Positions 13,661 through 26,639 of a stretch of 64,000 bases of DNA are shown here, piece by piece. The notes under the pieces are model-generated. The model had not been told where the DNA came from and ran no database searches. It saw only the letters and a program-made list of their open reading frames with translations. The position numbers were made by a program, and so were the translations under genes. The stretch comes from Epiperipatus broadwayi (lineage: Eukaryota > Animalia > Onychophora), in assembly GCA_028023455.1 (NCBI GenBank), contig JAQFVV010000005.1, forward strand, positions 6,572,001 to 6,636,000, in the 5' to 3' direction. The first letter of the stretch is position 1. Each line of letters begins with the position of its first letter.

Positions 13661-14180
13661 AATTTCACTAATTGTTGTAATAAGTTACACTGCCTTCTAA
13701 TCTAAGAAACCCAATTTTTAACAAAATAATTTTTTTTATAGCTTATTATCATCTGGTAACGTTGCTTCACTGGAATCTAACAAAACTTACACGTTTACAA
13801 TATTTTTGAAGGTAAAGTACAAATTAAAAATGAAGAAACAAAATAATTAATGCTAAGTAAAATATTTAACTTAATAGCAATTCCGATATCAGATTCCATT
13901 CATTAGTTTCAGAAATTCATTTGTGTTTCCACCTTAAAGTCTAAATAATAAATCTATATTTAATTCGAAGACTTAACAAGTCCATAAAAAGCAAGTAAAA
14001 ATTGTTTATGTATTTTAAGAAAAATATTTGAAAAAAAAAAACGCATTTCAATTGTTCATTTTTTAAAATTAATTTAAAGGCTGCGAAAACTCAAAACTTT
14101 AGCTGTTTTTCATTACGTGAATTTAATAATAAAATATAAATATACTTTAAACATACATATATGTAAAGTACTAATAGAAT

Positions 14181-14340
14181 CTTACCTCAATTACAAACGG
14201 AAAAAAAAAAACAACCCAGTACAATATTATTTTTCTATTATTGTAACTAAAACTATCTAGGTTATTGTTATACGAGGGACACATTTCTTTTTATTTGACT
14301 AGACCTGTACGGCCTCTCGCGGCAAATTTTAAAGTCTTAT
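14181..14340 (-). promoter_or_regulatory. Putative promoter and non-coding first exon of the left ZnF paralogue
   Basis: CpG-retaining patch with motif cctctcgcgg..aaat.t.aaagtctt (14313) and minus-strand donor GAG|GTAAGATT (14186|14185). The same architecture occurs at 47218-47360. Confidence 0.55.
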
Positions 14341-15459
14341 ATAGAAAATGACTAACGTTAATATATATAAAAAAAATACCCTTAATTTCTAGATTAGAAA
14401 CATTGAAATAAATTATTTATAATAGTTTGGATTACGTCTTTGATCGTGGCTGCTGAACTAACACAAACAAATCTTGCACAACTAGAATAGGAATTATATA
14501 CAGGACCAAGAAATTATAGCGAATAATCAACTATTGATTTAATAGAAACAATTAATGGATACATATACGATATTTAATACATATTCTAGTATTGAATATA
14601 CAAATACGAAATTGAATATGTATAAATGAGATTTAATATTTCTACACATAATGTATTATAATGTTATTAATAAATTACTTTTACAATCTATGTGACCTTT
14701 TAAGGTTACTATAAACATAATAAGATTGGTGTGAACAGATGAGATTCTATATAGCTCATTACAATCAAGAGATCGATTCCCAGGTAAAAAGCCATCCCAT
14801 GATAACTTTCGTAGTTTCTCTGAGTACGTGTCCGCTTCAACTCCGAAATTCTGATGATTTTATTGCGGAGTCTCCCGCCAAAAAAAAAAAGTAAAGACAT
14901 CCTATCTTTTTTTACTGCCGTTTATATATCGGATTTATTTCTACTGTCTAAAGAAGGGCGGATGTAACTGAATTACGTTAAGATTAAATGGCATGATACT
15001 AGTTTGCTAAAAAATAGTGCTTAGTTCATTTTACAACAAATTAATTACTTTCCTTTTATTTCATGCATAGTTTGTTTTCGTTTCCCAATTACAAAGCTAG
15101 TTTCTTTAATATTTATTCTCAATAAAAGTTATTTATTCTATTGTTAATTCCTTTTGATTACATTTTAGCGCTAGTAATGTGCTCTCTTTCTCAATCCATA
15201 GGCAGCTAATTTTGATCCTAATAAGAAAGTGGTTGTACATTTTTTAAATCTAAAAATGAAAAAAACAGATTCTCAACTTATTAAATGTTTCCATCTATTA
15301 TCTATTTTATAATAATTATTCATTATTGTTGTTGATTTTTTCATATTATATATCACCACCATTCTTTTACTCCAGAAAATAGTTATACTTTTATATAAAT
15401 TAAATATTGTGTAAAGCAATTAAAAATAAAATAGAAATTCATATAACGCTACAATATTA

Positions 15460-16694
15460 GTCAAAACAACAAACCCAAATTTTTTACTAAAATTCTTACA
15501 CAACCATGGTTTCATCTATTAACAAATAGACCTCAAATGATATTCAACTAAACATACAAACATATACATATATACACACAAAACAAGTCTTCCCATCATT
15601 CATTTCAACAACCAACTTACTTTCACATCAAAAGATGGTTGTATGAAATTGATGGCTTCAGATTCAACACATTTTATTATTAAAATTTCTTTTACTCTTC
15701 TTTTCAATTCATTTCTTTTTTTTATTTTTATAAAAGATAACTTCTGTATTGTCAAATATTTTATGACCTGCATTCAGTTCATGAATATACAAATCTCAAT
15801 TTTGATACCTATTTTTAACTCTACTCTCATGAATTTTAACTCTTTTATTAAGACTTAATTGACTCTGACCTATATAAATATTATGACTACTTCAAAGTAT
15901 CTTATAAACTATCCCAAGAATAGATTTGCAACCAATTCTCTGTTTTGAACTATTTAGTAATGAATTTAAATTCAGGCCTTTCTTCCAAGCCATTTACATA
16001 CCATCCAATAAAAAACTATTCTTATAAATCAATTTACTAATTGATGCCTTATAGGGCAAAGAAATAAATCTTTATTCACACTATCAATTAAATCTTTATT
16101 ATTAACCAATTTATGAATATTTTTATTAAATATATTCTTAATCAATTCACAATTATATTCTGACTCAATAAAGTCAAAAGCAAATTGACTCTTCTGAATA
16201 TAACTATTATTTTCAAAAGTATGTCTCCTATTCCTATAATAAAAACTCAATAAAGAAAGTTTCTTATGAGTTAAAGGTTGATAACTGTCTGGCCTTATCA
16301 TATTTCTTAAATTTTTTGCTTTAATAAAATGACTATAAAATAAAACATTATCAACTTTATAAACACTTAAATCTAAAAATTTTAACTTATCAAATTCATG
16401 TATTCCCTTCAATAATAAATTTAATATTAGAATCAAAAGCATTCAATCTATCAAAAAAATCCTTCAATTTATCTTACTATATAACAAATAAACAATCAAC
16501 ATACATAACAAATAATTTTAAAGAATCAAAAAATTTATTAATAACATATTCTCTAAAAAAATCAATAAAGACAGAACACAATAAAGGAGAAATAACATAA
16601 CCAATAAGCCCACCCCATGAATTTTATAAAAGGCATCATTCCACACAAAATACATAGAATCCTCCAATAATAACAGCAAATCATTAATAATCTT
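15460..16694 (-). mobile_element. Penelope-like element (PLE), 5'-truncated RT plus GIY-YIG endonuclease; left arm of a palindrome
   Basis: Minus-strand translation: MYFVWNDAFYKIHG..IGYVISPLLCSVFIDFLE, YVD, RLNAFDSNIKF, KFLDLSVYK..IRPDSYQPLTHKK, then GIVYKIL*SSHNIYIGQSQLSLNKRVKIH..LYIHELNAGH. Stops and frameshifts are present. Confidence 0.9.
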
Positions 16695-16703
16695 TCTGTA
16701 GAT

Positions 16704-17862
16704 AAGATTAATGATTTGCTATTGTTCTTAGAATTTCTATGTATTTTGTGAGTAATGATGTGTTTTATAAAATAAAAGGATGGGTTATAGGTTATGTTAT
16801 TTCTCCTTTAATATGTTGTCTATATAGATTTTTTTAGAGAGTAGTGTTATTAATAATTTTTCTGTTTCTTTAAAATTATTTGTTAGGTAAGTTGATAATT
16901 GTTTGTTTGTTATACATGAAGATAAATTGAAGAATTTTTTTTTTTTTTGATAGATTGAATGCTTTTGATTCTAATATTAAATTTATTGTTGAAGGGAATA
17001 TATTTGAATTTGATGACTTAAAATTTTTAGATTTAAGTATTGATAAAGTTGATTTTTATTTTGTAATCATTTTATTAAAGAAAAAATTTAAGAAATACAA
17101 TAAGGCCAGACAGTTATCAACCTTTTACTTATAAGAAACTTTCTTTATTGAATTTTTGTTATAGGAAGAGGACAATAATTTTGAAAAAGTTATATTCAGA
17201 GGAGTTAATTTGTTTCTGACTATATTGAGTTAAAATATAATTGTGAATTGATTAGGAATATATTTAACAAAAATATCTATAAATTGGTTAATAATAGATT
17301 TAATTGATAGTGTGAATAAAGATTTATTTCTTTGCCTTATAAGGCATCAATTAGTAAATTGATTTATAAAAAGTTTTTTTGAGTGGTATGAAAATGGTTT
17401 GGAAGAAAGCCTTAAATTTAACTTCCTTACTAAATAGTTCAAAACAGTCAATTGATTGCAAATCAATTCTTGGGATGGTTTATAAGATATTTTGTAGTTG
17501 TCATAAAATTTATATAAGTCAGAGTACATCAAGTCTTAATGAAAGAGTTAAAATTCATTAGTAGTTAAAAATAGGTATCAGAATTCAGATTTGTATATTC
17601 ATGAACTGAATACAGGTCTAAAATATTTGACAATGCAGAGGTTATCTTTTATTTTTAAAAAAAAAGTGAATTGAAAAGAAGAGTAAAAGAAATTTTTTGA
17701 ATCTGAGGCCATCAATCTCATGAAGACTTCTTTTGATGTGAAAGGAAGTTGGTTGTTGAAATGAATGATGGGAACTTGTTTTGTGCTTAGTTGAATTTCA
17801 CTTGAGATTTGTTAATAGATGAAACTATGGTTATGTAAGAATTTTAGTAAAATGTTGTTTTG
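16704..17862 (+). mobile_element. Penelope-like element, 5'-truncated RT plus GIY-YIG endonuclease; right arm of the palindrome
   Basis: Reverse complement of the left arm. KLFVR*VDNCLFVI is a decayed RYVDD motif, followed by RLNAFDSNIKFIVE. ORF 17379-17561 reads GMVYKIFCSCHKIYISQSTSSLNERVKIH, a GIY-YIG with the PLE CCHH signature. Confidence 0.9.
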
Positions 17863-17893
17863 GATATATAATCATTCAATTTTTCCAACCATC

Positions 17894-18470
17894 ACCCCTT
17901 TTTGGTGCCGATGATTTGTTTCCCCAGTGTGTTTCCTGTGGGATTTCTTTTTCTGCTAATTTTCAACACTGGTTACATCTGTAAGCTGCTTCATTTAATT
18001 GCTTTCACATCAATCTCTTCCTGAATTTTATGAATGTTTTCTACATGGACTTTGATGATTATTTCCAGGCTAGAGTAGAATATTCCATATTTACTGTCAG
18101 TGAACAGTTTAGATATCAGAAGTATTCAAGTTGTTTTTCACGTGCACTCTAATTTGTTTGCATAATTATTTTTCATATCCATTTTTTAGTTCAGTAATTT
18201 TCATACTTAGGTTACTAACTGTCAATGGCATCATGTACTGATGCAGTAAAACTTCATGTAAAGCTTCTTGTATTTTTGTGTTATCCATTTTCTTAAGTAT
18301 TTTTTTAAGCTGTTGAATGTCATTTTCTGCCAATCTGTTTGATTCAGAGGAGTATGGAGATGTGTTATCATGCCTTCTTTCCTAAAACATTACTTAATTT
18401 TGTATGCTGTGAAACCCATACCATTATCTGTTACCATTACTGTCTTTTTAATGATGTATAGAAAAAATTT
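17894..18470 (-). mobile_element. Ty3/gypsy integrase C-terminal remnant with polypurine tract and start of the 3' LTR
   Basis: VMVTDNGMGF (~18420-18440) and TSPYSSESNRLAENDIQQLKKILKK (~18290-18365) correspond to rve core motifs. PPT aaaaagggg (17903-17895) is immediately followed by TG (17894-17893). Confidence 0.75.
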
Positions 18471-18544
18471 AGGAGCAGAAATTAGGATTGGGTGAATATT
18501 GAGAATAAAATGTGTAGCTAATGAATATTTCTATGCACTAAAAC

Positions 18545-19385
18545 ACTCTCACATCAGTTAGAGACTAGTTTCTATCTGCTTTTAACACCTTGTGGATGGA
18601 TGTTAATCATAAACATATGACCAAAGACGTGAAAAAGATGTACAATCATCAAGATGCACATTTCATGCTGAACCAGAACTCATAAATTGTTCCAGATTAC
18701 AATCTTACATATATCTTTATCATTGCTCAATATATAAACAGGAAATCCCTACAGTATAATTGATAATTGTCAAGCTTACTGCCCTCACAACTTTGACATA
18801 AACTGATGGAATTATTTTAATAATTATTAGTCATTCATTAAACTAGAAATTTATCCATTTATTGAATAATATTTCTGTAGTGTAATTTTCATGACACCAC
18901 TCTCACATCAGAGAAGTACTGGTTTCTATTACTTTTAACTTTGTGGAGGTGTATAACCAATCCCTACCTGGTGTGAAAAAGTTGTATTGAAAATTACACT
19001 ACAGAAATATTCATTAAGTGGATAGTTTCTAGTCTAATGAATGACTAATAAATATTAATATACTTTTACCAAGTGGTTTGTGTCAAAGTTGTGGGGTGGT
19101 AAGTTTGACACTTATCAATTATATACTCAACAAAGATAAAGATATGTGCAGGAGATTGTGATCTGGGCCAATTGATGAGTGCCGGTCCAACATAAAATGT
19201 GCATCTAGGGGACCACACATCTTTTTCTCGTATTGAGTCATTCATATGTTTATGAATACACTCCTCCACAAGGTGTTAAAAGTGGATAGAAACCAGTCCC
19301 TACCTGATGTGAGAATAATGTAGTGAAAATTACACTTTAGAATTAAATGGATAACTTCTAATTAATGAATGACTAATAAATATTA
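18545..19385. repeat. Inverted pair of tandem ~340-350 bp monomers (fold-back repeat)
   Basis: actctcacatcag..gtttctat..cttttaac occurs at 18545 and 18899. Reverse-complement copies occur at 19265-19315 and (partial) 18956. tattagtcattcatta (18826) has inverted copies at ~19035 and ~19363. The symmetry axis is at ~18955. Confidence 0.85.
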
Positions 19386-22300
19386 CTAAAATGGGTAGCT
19401 AATTTGTTTAAATCAGTATCTGTTGTTTGCAAAATTTTATTCTTTGTGCAATATTTTCAATATGCTGTTTGTAGGCAAAAACCATATAAAAAATAGTCTA
19501 TGTGCATTGAATTATATAAAAAAATTTCATCTAAACAGTTTTTACCAAATTTAGTTTTAATGTATGATATATGAATTTTCTTATTAATTAGATGTTTTAC
19601 AAAACAGAGATTAAACAATAGTTTATATTGATAAAATTAGACAGACTATTCATTAATTGGAAACTAAAAGATCAAAAAAATAAATAAATCATTAGAAGCC
19701 ATAAATAATGTTTAAGAAATGAAATTTCATTCAATCATAATAACAGACAATAGTAACAAGTATAAATCACAAACTACATACCAATGTTGTTCTCATTTGA
19801 AGTAATATAAAGGAATTTCAAATTTGGAATCAAATAAATGTTGATATTGAAATTGAATTTAAAAATAAACTTAGATTTAAAAAAGAAATTGAATTACTCT
19901 GCAAGGCTATTTATCATTAAGAATGTTTTAATGCATACAGACTATTTAGATAATAGTGGAAAGAACAGAATTATTTACATATTCCATGCTCATACCATGA
20001 AAATCTGCTGAATATGAACAACATTTCAGCAATATGAACTTAATTTTAAATGAAACAAAAAATCAATTATAGCACATGTAGCGAATTTATTATTTGTCAT
20101 GATGCATGGTTTACCATAATATATTCCAACCCTTAAACCCCAGATGAATATGAATTTAGTTATGAGCACATGTTTTACTGATGACAATCAAACAAAAATA
20201 GTATAACAGGATATTTAGAACCTATTTCAGACTGTTTCATGGACATTAACATTAATCCCTTTGAGAACTGTAGAATTTAATTACTAAAAAAAAGTAAATA
20301 CAATTTGCTAAATAAATAACTAAAGGAAATAATATTTTGATTATATTGTACCGGTCGGTTTTGTCTGTTCATATAATAAGATCTAGCATCTAGGCAAAAG
20401 TACCTAGAGTCCAATCATGCGCAAGATACATAAGTCAGGAACATTCATGAACTCTGCCCTATTTGCCTATTTTCCAGATTTACCAACTTATGATCAACAA
20501 TTCCGATGATACCAATCTAGTTTATTTCTCACTGCCGGCATCGCAAAGCCATGACCCAAAAAGACTAATTTGAATTTATTCATGTATAGAATATTATTGT
20601 TAGCGAGATTCGATCATCTAGTAAATTAAACCTTTTATATAACATCAAATATTATTACTATTCAATAAATGAAACAATGAGTTTGATATTTAGAAATATA
20701 TACAAGATTTATTAAGTTAACTTGAGATATATATATGATTGATTACGTTATTTGTGTTAAAATACAAATAAAAATGGGTATTTATCTCCCTTAGATGACA
20801 TTAACTCCTTTTACAATACTATAAAATGAGCATATTTATTCAAGTTATGCTGCAATAACAAATAATTTATCGCTTTGTTTTAATGCAGCTATTTATATGT
20901 CAATAATTAACAGATTACATGGTATATCTAAGACTTTTAATAGCGCTGGATTACAGTTATTTAAAGTTTGTAAATCCATCAATAATATCACAACACTCGA
21001 ACCAATACATAAGATTATTGAGTTTTATGGCAAACGGCAATTATATTTGATTAATAAAATAGTATTCGCATTTGCGAAATAAAAATGTGTGTGGGAAGCT
21101 AATTTAGGAAACAATAATTGTGGCAGAAATAGCGCGTATGAAAGTATGAATGAAAATATAAAAATGACAATCCATTTAGCATAATCATAACAGTACGATT
21201 TAGGAGTATTGATAGGCTTTAGCAAGAATGAAATATGGGAGAGCAGTACGTGGATGATGGCAATGGAGAGATCTATTCTGAATCCAAGGTGCTTCAATTT
21301 ACGGCTAAAGAAGGTGACTCTCTGAAAACGTTGGCAGGGTCGGATCACAAAAAAAAAAAACAAAGAATGCGCTTTATTGAATTTCCATAGGCTGGACTTT
21401 TGCCAGAGCGGACTCCACGCAATAATATCTAGTGCCGAAGAAGTCCCAAGGGGTTTACAAACCTTGTCCTTGGAATTGGAAGTAAAAATAGATGTGACTC
21501 GGGTTTTCCGATACGCCTGGGAAACGAAGCACAAATATATAAAACTAACGGCCAGTATACACATAATGCTTGAATTAATATAATTATACAAACTTAAACT
21601 AAAAATTATTACCTATCTTTATTGATAAAGACCCAACGTACCGGCATGATTTGCTTTGCCATGTGGATATGGAAGAAGTACACTTAATGCTAACATAATA
21701 GCTCATAAAACTAGAGGATCCCCCTTCCTTTTATTACTTTAAATTACACATAAACTTCCCACAACGTATAACTAATACAAATCTTTGGTTTTAAGTGCTT
21801 TCATAAATACCTTACATATTATTAGATATATATAAAGTAGGTGGTGGTTAATGATTTCAAGAAAATGATATTGATTTAATTCATATAAGTATATTTAAAG
21901 TTTTTATAAGTTGGCGCTATTATTTAATTAATAAAAAACAACATTTCTAAAAAAACAGATTTTTGCTTAGTTTTTCGAAAATAACATTGTACAACAATTA
22001 TCTGATTTTTATTTTACTCTCCCAGACTCACAGGCGTCCGCTATAATAAGAACAACAAATTTGTTTGTTTTTTTCTTTTATTAAAACTAGATTAATCACC
22101 CTCCGAAAAGTAAGGAAGGGGTTTTTAAAGAGATAGTGTAAGTATTTGCAAAGCTGGGAAAAATTATCGACATATAATTTAGTATACGAAAATATAATGA
22201 AAATAAAAATATTGCCACATAGACGTGTAATTAAAAAATAATAATTGTTCAGGAGGTTTAATGTAGGAGAGATTACTGCTAAGTTATATAGAGAGAACAA

Positions 22301-23624
22301 AGGACATTTGACTAACAAGGTAAGAATTTACATTAATTTTACAAGGAAGGCATTACAAAATGTTTAAAGAAACAGATAGATGAAATTTGAAATTATTCAA
22401 TGTAACTTTATGAGTCTAGCAGCACTTGAAATTATTACCTCTGTACAAACTTGGCTGTTCTTTTGGTGATGTTCAGATTTCCCTCGGAGAACTAGATCTA
22501 GTTTGACGAGCATAGTTATTCTGGCAGGTAGTAAGTTCAATATTCAATAAACAGGCACATAGTTACAGTTTATGAGTACTGGGATCCTGGGCGCAGATTT
22601 CTGGGAGGGCCATCTCGAACAGCGAGAAAGGTGAAGTGGGTTTACTCACGACACATTGAAATCAAATGAACATGGATTTATTTGGCAACTGCTTTCATTG
22701 ACTTTTTTAGTTCTTCTCTCCGATCAAAATTAGCCCATTTTATACTATGCCCCAGTATTTGTGGAATGCTTTCTTGATTGGTTGCCACTAATCATTCTCT
22801 AATCTAATTTTTAAAAGAATTTCTAAATAAGCTTTACCCATTGTGCTGGAAGATGCCATTGTTAGATAATATGAATTCAAACTGAAATTAATTTGATAAC
22901 AAATGTTTATGACAAAAGTAAATCAATTAGTTTAGTTTCTAATTTTGATTTTAGAGAAACTTTTAATTAAAGTTATTTTAGAAGATTAAATAAAATTAAG
23001 TTTCTCACCTTTAATTATTTTTGACTAATTACAATTGCAACTTCCATCTTGGATTTAAAAAGAAAAGTCTAGTTTAATAGCAAAAATAATTTAAAAGACA
23101 AAATTTTATAGAATGACATATAACAAACTTTTTCTAGTAAATATTTGCTCAGTAGGTTTGTCTCTACAATATCTATACACATCTGAGCCGCAATTACTAA
23201 ATAATTACTATAACTTATAATAAATAAAAAAAATACAGAAAATATATATTTTGATATTGTCTGTTACAATTAATCCTCCGTTACCTATTGCGTATACGTA
23301 TCCCCCTTTTAAATACTATATTTATTATTTTTCGTTTTTTTGTGTGTGTGTTTAAATTCAGATATCTACGCATATATCTTCGTTAAGAAGTATTTTAGTT
23401 AATATATTAAGAAAGGAAACAAACAAACAACAAAAAAAAATGTGTTAGTGAGTGGAATATATACACAAGAATAGAGTTTGAATTTGGCTTGGTAGTGGAA
23501 GATTTGAGGTGGGCTGTGAAGCGCAATCTGAATCTCAGATTCCACTTCAATATATTCAAACATATCTTATAGAGAAAACTGCATGTGATATAGAGGCTAA
23601 AACTACAATGATCATGTACTTCAT

Positions 23625-23897
23625 TCTTCTTTTTGCTCATCACCGAGACCATTCCAATACTTCTCTCTCTCTATCTCTTTTTTTTTTTTATAGTAAACTA
23701 CCATTGAACGTAATGAACATATGATTAGATTACAAAAATTATAATATCCAGTGCATCGTGTACCTGTCTTCTTTTTGCTCATCACTGAAACCATTCCAGT
23801 ACTTTGCTTTCTCTCTCTCTCTTTATTTTTTAGAAAACTACCATTGAACATAATGAACACATGATTACATTACAAAATTTACAATATCCAGTGCATA
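23625..23897. repeat. Tandem duplication, period 142 bp
   Basis: tcttctttttgctcatcac..accattcca..aaactaccattgaac.taatgaaca.atgatta.attacaaaa..atatccagtgcat starts at 23625 and 23767. Confidence 0.9.
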
Positions 23898-26019
23898 GTA
23901 GAAGTTTGAAAAAACAGCAAATGCTCTTTAATTGAAGAATAAGACAACTAACTTGGCTGAGATTGCTTTGTACTTTCTGGTATGTGGCTACATGCCAAAC
24001 ATTTTTTCAATGTGTAAAGAATAATTATGAACCAAGATAATATTTAAAACACTAGCTAAATTCAATTCAGTTTAATATTAAAATAAAATCATCAATGAAG
24101 AATACAAAATCAGCATCTTTACTTTTCCCAGCATAATATGTACAAATATCATCTTTAGATTTAACATAGGCATTACATATACAGTGTAAGACTGAAAGAG
24201 CCTCATGCAATACTCTCTACATAGGAACAGTTTATTTATAACAACTAAATTAGATATTATATATTCATTGTAAAGGTAAAATAAGTGTAAAAATATTCAA
24301 AACCACAAGGACAATGCATAAATAGCAATATTTCCTTGTTGGATAAGCCAAAAATGTAAAGAAAAATTAATAAAGAACTGCCAAAATGTACAGATAAAAT
24401 GACTGCTAGTTAGCATGTTTGGGTAATCATAAATATAATAGAAAATATTATAATTGAATAGGGCTAGCTGGTCTGCAAGTGCCCCATAGATTTGGGAACC
24501 ATATATAACAAATGAAATTGTGAACCAAATGGTTTTCTCCACTTATACACTAAATATTTGGGCAATCTAAAATATACTACATAAATGTTGACAACTAAAA
24601 TATGTAACTAATAAATAGACAAATAAATATATTGATCCACAAATATCTCTATGGCAATTTAGATTTACATTTATAATGAACTCATGAATTTGTAAGGCAT
24701 CAATGGTCCAGAGAAGTATCTTGCTTGGCAAAGAAGATACAATTCAATGAGAATAATTTATCATATAATACTAAATCATCCATGCACTTTACTACTGATT
24801 TACTTGATGATAAAATATAATATGGGATATACAATGAATTATCTTAATATTGTAAAATAAATTGTGTATTAAAGTAGTTTTATGATTCATGCAATAGGCA
24901 AATCAAAGTACTTAGGTTAATAATAATAAATTTATTGAAATAAGCATTAACTCATTGAGGTGGCAAAAATAAAGATCATAACTCAAATTTACCAATTGCA
25001 ATCTAATATCCTATATTTTTTTATAATTTACCTCCCCTTCCTTTTTTTGATTGCAATTAGTAGATATGATATATATATTTTAAATTATTAAAGCATAGTT
25101 ATAAAAGAGTTAATTAATAAACTCTCACAATATAAGAAAATAAAGTAGTAAAAATTTTTTTTTTAATATTGTTACTTTTTTTAAAAAGAAAATTATATCT
25201 CATATTATTTAAATTATATCGAATGGTAAGTAAGATTATTTTTGTTAAAATTATTAATAAAAACAAGACTTTAATAAATATTTTGTGAAAGTTATCATTA
25301 TGCTTTTAACTACTTTTTTTAAAAGTGAAACTTATCTGGAGATAATTTAAAGGAAAATTTTTATTAGCATCTGTTATCACATTTTAGCATATATACAACT
25401 TCAGCTGCAATTCCATTATTTGGCAATGTTTCCTTTGGCATCTTTTTCTAGCAAAACACAAACATAGGGATCCCTAAGCAATTTGAATCACTAAATGAAT
25501 CCAGTTATTATTCCTGTCGACATTACAAACCATGATAAATTCAATCTTAGTTCCATGGCAGTCTGCATAGAATTTATTGATATCCATTTTGTTTTAGTCA
25601 TAAAGATATTAAACAAAAGAGAAACATTTGTTCCCTAAATGTTTTTCCTACTCACAGTGCATCTTTTAGTGCTATAAGTCCAGAATCTATTTATAAAAGA
25701 TAAAATAAATACAAATTTTTTTAAGCAAAAGAAAGTATGTATGTGTTCTCCTTGTTAAAATTATTATTTTTTTGCTATAGTAACACAAGATGCAGTCTTT
25801 TTCTTTTTTAAACACTGGTTTGTGAACATGTGATTCTCTTTCTTCTAATCTTAATAAGATATTATTATCATTCTATAATAAATAAAATAATTTATTTTAA
25901 ATTGAATAAATAAATGGTTCACTTATTCCAGATTCATTCAAAACAATAAAATGTATTTTATTAAACTTATGACCTTGGAATGTTTTTTTTTATTCAGTTA
26001 TGTCCTATACATGAGGGGT

Positions 26020-26290
26020 CAGATTGACTTTAGGTCAATATGGGTGTCACAAGAATCTCGGCCTTAGAGTGACCTTTGAGCAATTCATCTTCAGATTTTC
26101 AATTGGATGGATAGTTGAAGAGTTGGAGTGTGGTATGGATTAAAGCTTGTCCATTAATGTGTGAAGATTGGCTATCTTAATATATATCTGAGCACTTATT
26201 GCATATATGTGTAGAGATGATAATCTGGACCAACTGATGATTGCTGGTTTAGCATGAAATACGTATATTGGTGATTGTCTTTTCAACATA
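26020..26290 (+). mobile_element. PLE-like 3'-terminal fragment (family B); second degenerate copy at ~46090-46300
   Basis: Shared with 46090-46300: gaagagtt.gag..tgg..atgatt.aagcttgtccattaa...tgaagat...tcttaata...ctgagcact.attg.atata.gtgt..agatg.t.atctg.a.caactgatga. Confidence 0.65.
26229..26272 (+). ncRNA. Minimal type I hammerhead ribozyme (PLE-type) in repeat family B
   Basis: accaa-CTGATGA-t tgct ggttt agca t-GAA-ATACGTAT-A-ttggt. This gives an intact core, a 4-bp stem II, a palindromic stem III, a UA cleavage site and a 5-bp stem I. Confidence 0.75.
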
Positions 26291-26639
26291 TGTGTTCAAG
26301 TGTATCAGTGATATAAGAGAGAGTGGTGAGTTGTGTGAAAGTCTGTGCTCATATACCCTATATGTTATACATTACAAGGAAACTATAATTCCCATCCTTA
26401 ATAAAAATAAAGAAAACAATTCTAAACACTTACATCAAGATCATTACCAACTGAACATTCTATGAATAACTCATGGTTAATTAAAACTAAACCACCACAA
26501 ATAAAGAAGCCAATGTTTATGTATAATTGTGTCTTTTATTTTAAACAAATTATCTGAAGTATTGTTTCATAGTAGGATTTCAAGTTAAGAGCATTATATA
26601 TTCCTTTAACACCTCTTTCATTCTCCAGCAGAAATGCAT

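Noticed and set aside
15643-15858. Plus-strand ORFs here and at 17347-17532 (-), 41617-41805, 61710-61904, 62652-62903, 63044-63232 and 63581-63775 as genes
   Set aside because: They are antisense shadows of PLE/L1 coding sequence or of the palindrome.
18560-19310. Type II hammerhead in the 350-bp monomers (GAAACYAGTC..CTGATGT)
   Set aside because: A9 is replaced by T, and stems I and II do not pair. It is kept only as an open question in the findings.
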